The notes under the pieces are model-generated. The model saw only the letters and a program-made list of their open reading frames with translations. It was not told where the DNA came from and did not search any database. Position numbers and translations under genes: made by a program. Shown here piece by piece: positions 48,212 to 51,327 of a DNA stretch of 51,327 nt. The first letter of the stretch is position 1. Every line of letters starts with the position of its first letter. Source of the DNA: an uncultured Pseudomonas sp. (GTDB lineage: Bacteria > Pseudomonadota > Gammaproteobacteria > Pseudomonadales > Pseudomonadaceae); NCBI GenBank assembly GCA_964543555.1, contig CAZIZA010000001.1, positions 1 to 51,327 on the forward strand, read 5' to 3'.

Positions 48212-49465
48212 ATGCTCGAACCCGTTCAGCTTCTCTCTGCCAGTCGTCAGAACCTCTGGCGCCTGACCCTTATCCGTATCCTGGTGCTGGCTGCCCAGGC
48301 CGGCTCGGTCGGCCTTGCCTACAAGTCCGGTATGCTGCCGCTGCCTTGGCTGGAGTTATCGGTCACGCTCGGCATTTCTCTGCTGGTGTGCCTGGGCACC
48401 GCCTTGCGCCTGCGTGGTCCATGGCCGGTGACCGAGGTGGAGTATGCCGTGCAGTTGGGCTGCGACCTGATCATCCACAGCGTGCTGCTGTATTACTCGG
48501 GGGGCTCGACCAATCCCTTCGTGTCCTATTACCTGGTGCCGCTGACCATCGCCGCAGCGACCCTGCCGTGGATGTTCACCATCGTTCTCGCCGGCCTGGC
48601 CTTGGCCGGTTATACCCTGCTGCTGGTATGGACCCACCCGCTCGAATTGCCGGCCGCACGTGAGAGTCTGCTGGTTTACGGCATGTGGCTGAGCTTCGCG
48701 TTGTCCGCTGCGCTGATCACGTTCTTCGTTGCCAAAATGGCCGAGGAATTGCGCCGTCAGGATGAGCTGCGCGCCGAGCGACGTGAGGAAAGCCTGCGTG
48801 ACCAGCAGCTATTGGCCGTGGCCACTCAGGCCGCTGGCGCCGCTCATGAGCTGGGTACGCCGCTGGGCACCATGAGCGTGCTACTCAAGGAGTTACGCCA
48901 GGAGTACCGCGACACCCCGGCGCTGCAGGATGATCTGGCCCTGCTGCAGGAGCAGGTGAAACTGTGCAAGTTCACCCTGCAGCAACTGGTGCGTGCTGCC
49001 GAGAATGACCGGCGCCAGGCGGTGGTGGAGCAATCCTGTGTCGAGTGGCTGGAAACCACCCTCAATCGCTGGCATCTGATGCGCCCTGAGGCCAGCTACC
49101 GTTATCAATGTCTGGGCCGTGGCACGCCGCCGCGCATCATGCCGCCGGCCGATCTCACCCAGGCGCTGTTGAATTTGCTCAATAACGCAGCAGATGCTTG
49201 TCCGGACAAACTCGACATTCGTCTGGACTGGGATCACCAGTGGCTGCGTCTGAGCATTCGTGATCATGGTGTGGGTGTACCGCTGGCCATTGCCGAACAA
49301 CTGGGGCGGCCGTTCTTTACCACCAAGGGCAAGGGATTCGGCCTGGGCCTGTTTCTCAGTCAGGCCAGCGTGACCCGTGCCGGTGGCACGGTTAAGCTGT
49401 ATAACCATGAGGAAGGCGGCACCCTCACCGAATTGAAGTTGCCGCGCGCCTATGGCGTGGCCTGA
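48212..49465 (+). CDS. roxS: RegB/RoxS-family redox sensor kinase
   Basis: Six TM helices with the GGSTNPF quinone-binding motif; AAHELGTPL, NLLNNA and GFGLGL; ATG 48212 after GGAG. Confidence 0.88.
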   Translation: MLEPVQLLSASRQNLWRLTLIRILVLAAQAGSVGLAYKSGMLPLPWLELSVTLGISLLVCLGTALRLRGPWPVTEVEYAVQLGCDLIIHSVLLYYSGGSTNPFVSYYLVPLTIAAATLPWMFTIVLAGLALAGYTLLLVWTHPLELPAARESLLVYGMWLSFALSAALITFFVAKMAEELRRQDELRAERREESLRDQQLLAVATQAAGAAHELGTPLGTMSVLLKELRQEYRDTPALQDDLALLQEQVKLCKFTLQQLVRAAENDRRQAVVEQSCVEWLETTLNRWHLMRPEASYRYQCLGRGTPPRIMPPADLTQALLNLLNNAADACPDKLDIRLDWDHQWLRLSIRDHGVGVPLAIAEQLGRPFFTTKGKGFGLGLFLSQASVTRAGGTVKLYNHEEGGTLTELKLPRAYGVA

Positions 49466-49480
49466 CAAGGAAAACTCAGC

Positions 49481-50041
49481 ATGAGCGAAGAATCCCTGTT
49501 CGACGGTGAAGAGCAGCCCCATCTGCTGCTGGTCGATGACGACCCTACCTTCACCCGTGTGATGGCGCGTGCCATGAGCCGCCGTGGTCTGCGCGTGTCC
49601 ACGGCCTCCAGCGCTGACGAAGGCCTGGCTCTGGCCAAGGAAGACCTGCCCGACTACGCCGTGGTCGATCTGAAGATGGAAGGTGACTCCGGCCTGGTGC
49701 TGCTGCCCAAGCTATTGGAACTGGACGCCGAGATGCGTGTGGTGATCCTCACCGGCTATTCGAGCATCGCCACCGCAGTGGAGGCGATCAAACGTGGCGC
49801 TGCCAATTACCTGTGCAAGCCGGCTGATGCCGACGACGTGCTGACCGCGCTGCTGTCCCAGCATGCCGACCTCGACAGCCTGGTACCGGAAAACCCGATG
49901 TCGGTCGATCGCCTGCAGTGGGAGCACATCCAGCGCGTGCTGGCCGAGCATGAAGGCAACATCTCTGCCACTGCCCGTGCTCTGGGCATGCACCGCCGCA
50001 CCCTGCAGCGCAAGTTGCAGAAGCGCCCGGTGCGCCGCTGA
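49481..50041 (+). CDS. roxR: RegA/RoxR-family response regulator
   Basis: LTGYSSIATAVEAIK and WEHIQRVL...NISATARALGMHRRTLQRKL. Confidence 0.92.
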   Translation: MSEESLFDGEEQPHLLLVDDDPTFTRVMARAMSRRGLRVSTASSADEGLALAKEDLPDYAVVDLKMEGDSGLVLLPKLLELDAEMRVVILTGYSSIATAVEAIKRGAANYLCKPADADDVLTALLSQHADLDSLVPENPMSVDRLQWEHIQRVLAEHEGNISATARALGMHRRTLQRKLQKRPVRR

Positions 50042-50067
50042 GGCGCGGGAGAGGCTGTCCTTAGGCT

Positions 50068-50087
50068 GTAGGGTGGGCTTTAGCCCA
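50068..50087. repeat. Single GTAG REP
   Basis: GTAGGGTGGGCTTTAGCCCA. Confidence 0.6.
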
Positions 50088-50237
50088 GCAGCAGGCTCAG
50101 GGTAGGAGGATGGGCTGAGTTTACCCGCGCGGGGCGAAAGCGGATCGCCGGCCGGCCCTTCACCCTGCGACTGTGCGGTTTCCCGTAGCCGATAAATGCT
50201 TAGCCAGCTAACATAGGTCGTCAGACAACCTGGTGGT

Positions 50238-51185
50238 ATGGCCATGCTCGCCGTCGCTGCACACACCCTTGCCATTACCGCGCCCGTGTTCGCCATGCTG
50301 TTTCTGGGTGTGGTGCTCAAGCGCCTGCACTGGATCGACAGCGCTTTTATCGATACTGCATCGAGCCTGGTGTTTCGCGGCACCATGCCTACCCTGTTGT
50401 TCCTTGGTATCGTCAGGGCCGACCTGAGTGCGGCGTTGCAGCCCGCGCTGCTGCTGTTCTTCGTCGCTGCCACCCTGGTCTGTTTCGCTCTGGCCTGGGG
50501 GTGGGCGATCTGGCGTATCACCTTCGCGGATCGCGGCATCTACACCCAGGGCTCCTTTCGTGGCAATAACGGCATCATCGGCCTGGCCCTCGCCACCAGT
50601 CTTTATGGTGACTATGGCCTGTCACTCGGTGCGGTGCTCGGTGGGGTGGTGATCCTCTGTTACAACGTGCTTTCGGCGATCGTGCTTGCCATCTACAGCC
50701 CGGGTGCCAGGACCGGGCCGCTGGCCATCGCCAAGAGCATCCTGATCAACCCACTGATCATTGGTGTTCTGCTGGCTGTTCCTTTCGCTTATTGGCAGAT
50801 CCCACTACCCGCCTGGCTGATGACGTCGGCTGAATACTTCGCGCAGATGACGCTGCCGCTGGCGCTGATCTGTATTGGTGGCACCCTGAGTTTGGCGTCA
50901 TTACGGCGCAGCAGTGGCGTGGCCATCGGTGCCAGCCTGATGAAGATGGTCTGGCTGCCGTTGATCGCGACCTTGGGTGCCTGGATGTGGGGGTTTCGCG
51001 GGGCGGATCTGGCGATCCTGTTTCTCTACTTCGCCAGCCCGACCGCAGCGGCCAGTTTCGTCATGGCGCGTGCAGTGGGGGCCAACCATGAGCTGGCAGC
51101 GGCCATCATCGTCATCACCACCCTGGTGGCGGTGGTCACCACCAATATAGGTCTGCTGTTGCTGCAGTGGGGTGGCTGGATCTAG
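50238..51185 (+). CDS. AEC (auxin efflux carrier)-family transporter
   Basis: About 10 TM helices; FRGNNGIIGL, NPLII, PLALICIGG and SPTAAASFVMA. Confidence 0.88.
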   Translation: MAMLAVAAHTLAITAPVFAMLFLGVVLKRLHWIDSAFIDTASSLVFRGTMPTLLFLGIVRADLSAALQPALLLFFVAATLVCFALAWGWAIWRITFADRGIYTQGSFRGNNGIIGLALATSLYGDYGLSLGAVLGGVVILCYNVLSAIVLAIYSPGARTGPLAIAKSILINPLIIGVLLAVPFAYWQIPLPAWLMTSAEYFAQMTLPLALICIGGTLSLASLRRSSGVAIGASLMKMVWLPLIATLGAWMWGFRGADLAILFLYFASPTAAASFVMARAVGANHELAAAIIVITTLVAVVTTNIGLLLLQWGGWI

Positions 51186-51325
51186 CAGGCTGTTGAAAAA
51201 CTACCTGCGTTGCCATTGCTGCGTTAAAAACAGGCTCAAAATGCTCATTTACAACTCGTAAACTGCGCTTTTTCGCCTGTTTTTGCCTTGCACTGGCTGC
51301 CTCGCCTACGTTTTTCAACGGCCTG
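51186..51325. mobile_element. 140-bp MITE-like element related to 41017-41170
   Basis: Terminal IRs CAGGCTGTTGAAAAA/TTTTTCAACGGCCTG (1 mismatch); CTAG on the left, CT at the window end on the right; interior homologous to the reverse complement of 41017-41170. Confidence 0.72.
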
Positions 51326-51327
51326 CT

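Overview
GC-rich Pseudomonas-type chromosomal segment; the genus is inferred from orthologues of P. aeruginosa nalD, speC, roxSR and the dpp genes. The first ~27 kb, after the truncated 5' part of prfC, is a dense iron-acquisition region. It holds four TonB-dependent receptors, a PfeR/PirR-type two-component system, a FecCD-type ABC transporter, two flavodoxin/FNR membrane reductases, a PepSY/DUF2271/DUF4198 module, PiuC, an FMN alpha-hydroxy-acid oxidase and two DUF2218 proteins. Ornithine decarboxylase speC sits in the middle of it. The rest is mostly core genome: RIO1-like kinase, cueR-copA-copZ with two clear CueR promoters, nalD, a Bcr/CflA pump, DUF411, trmA, NCS2 permease, ada, a degenerate REC-HD-GYP protein, dppABCDF, a SIMPL protein, roxSR and an AEC transporter. 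There is no CRISPR array, tRNA/rRNA gene, prophage or transposase. Non-coding DNA holds many GTAG-type REPs and two related MITE-like elements with different terminal repeats. The most intriguing unannotated signal is the ~270-nt speC leader. It contains a 20-codon uORF with its own Shine-Dalgarno ending in TAC-TGA-C, open readthrough and +1 frames, and hairpins, which suggests recoding-based polyamine control (a hypothesis). All calls come from reading motifs by eye; no searches were run.
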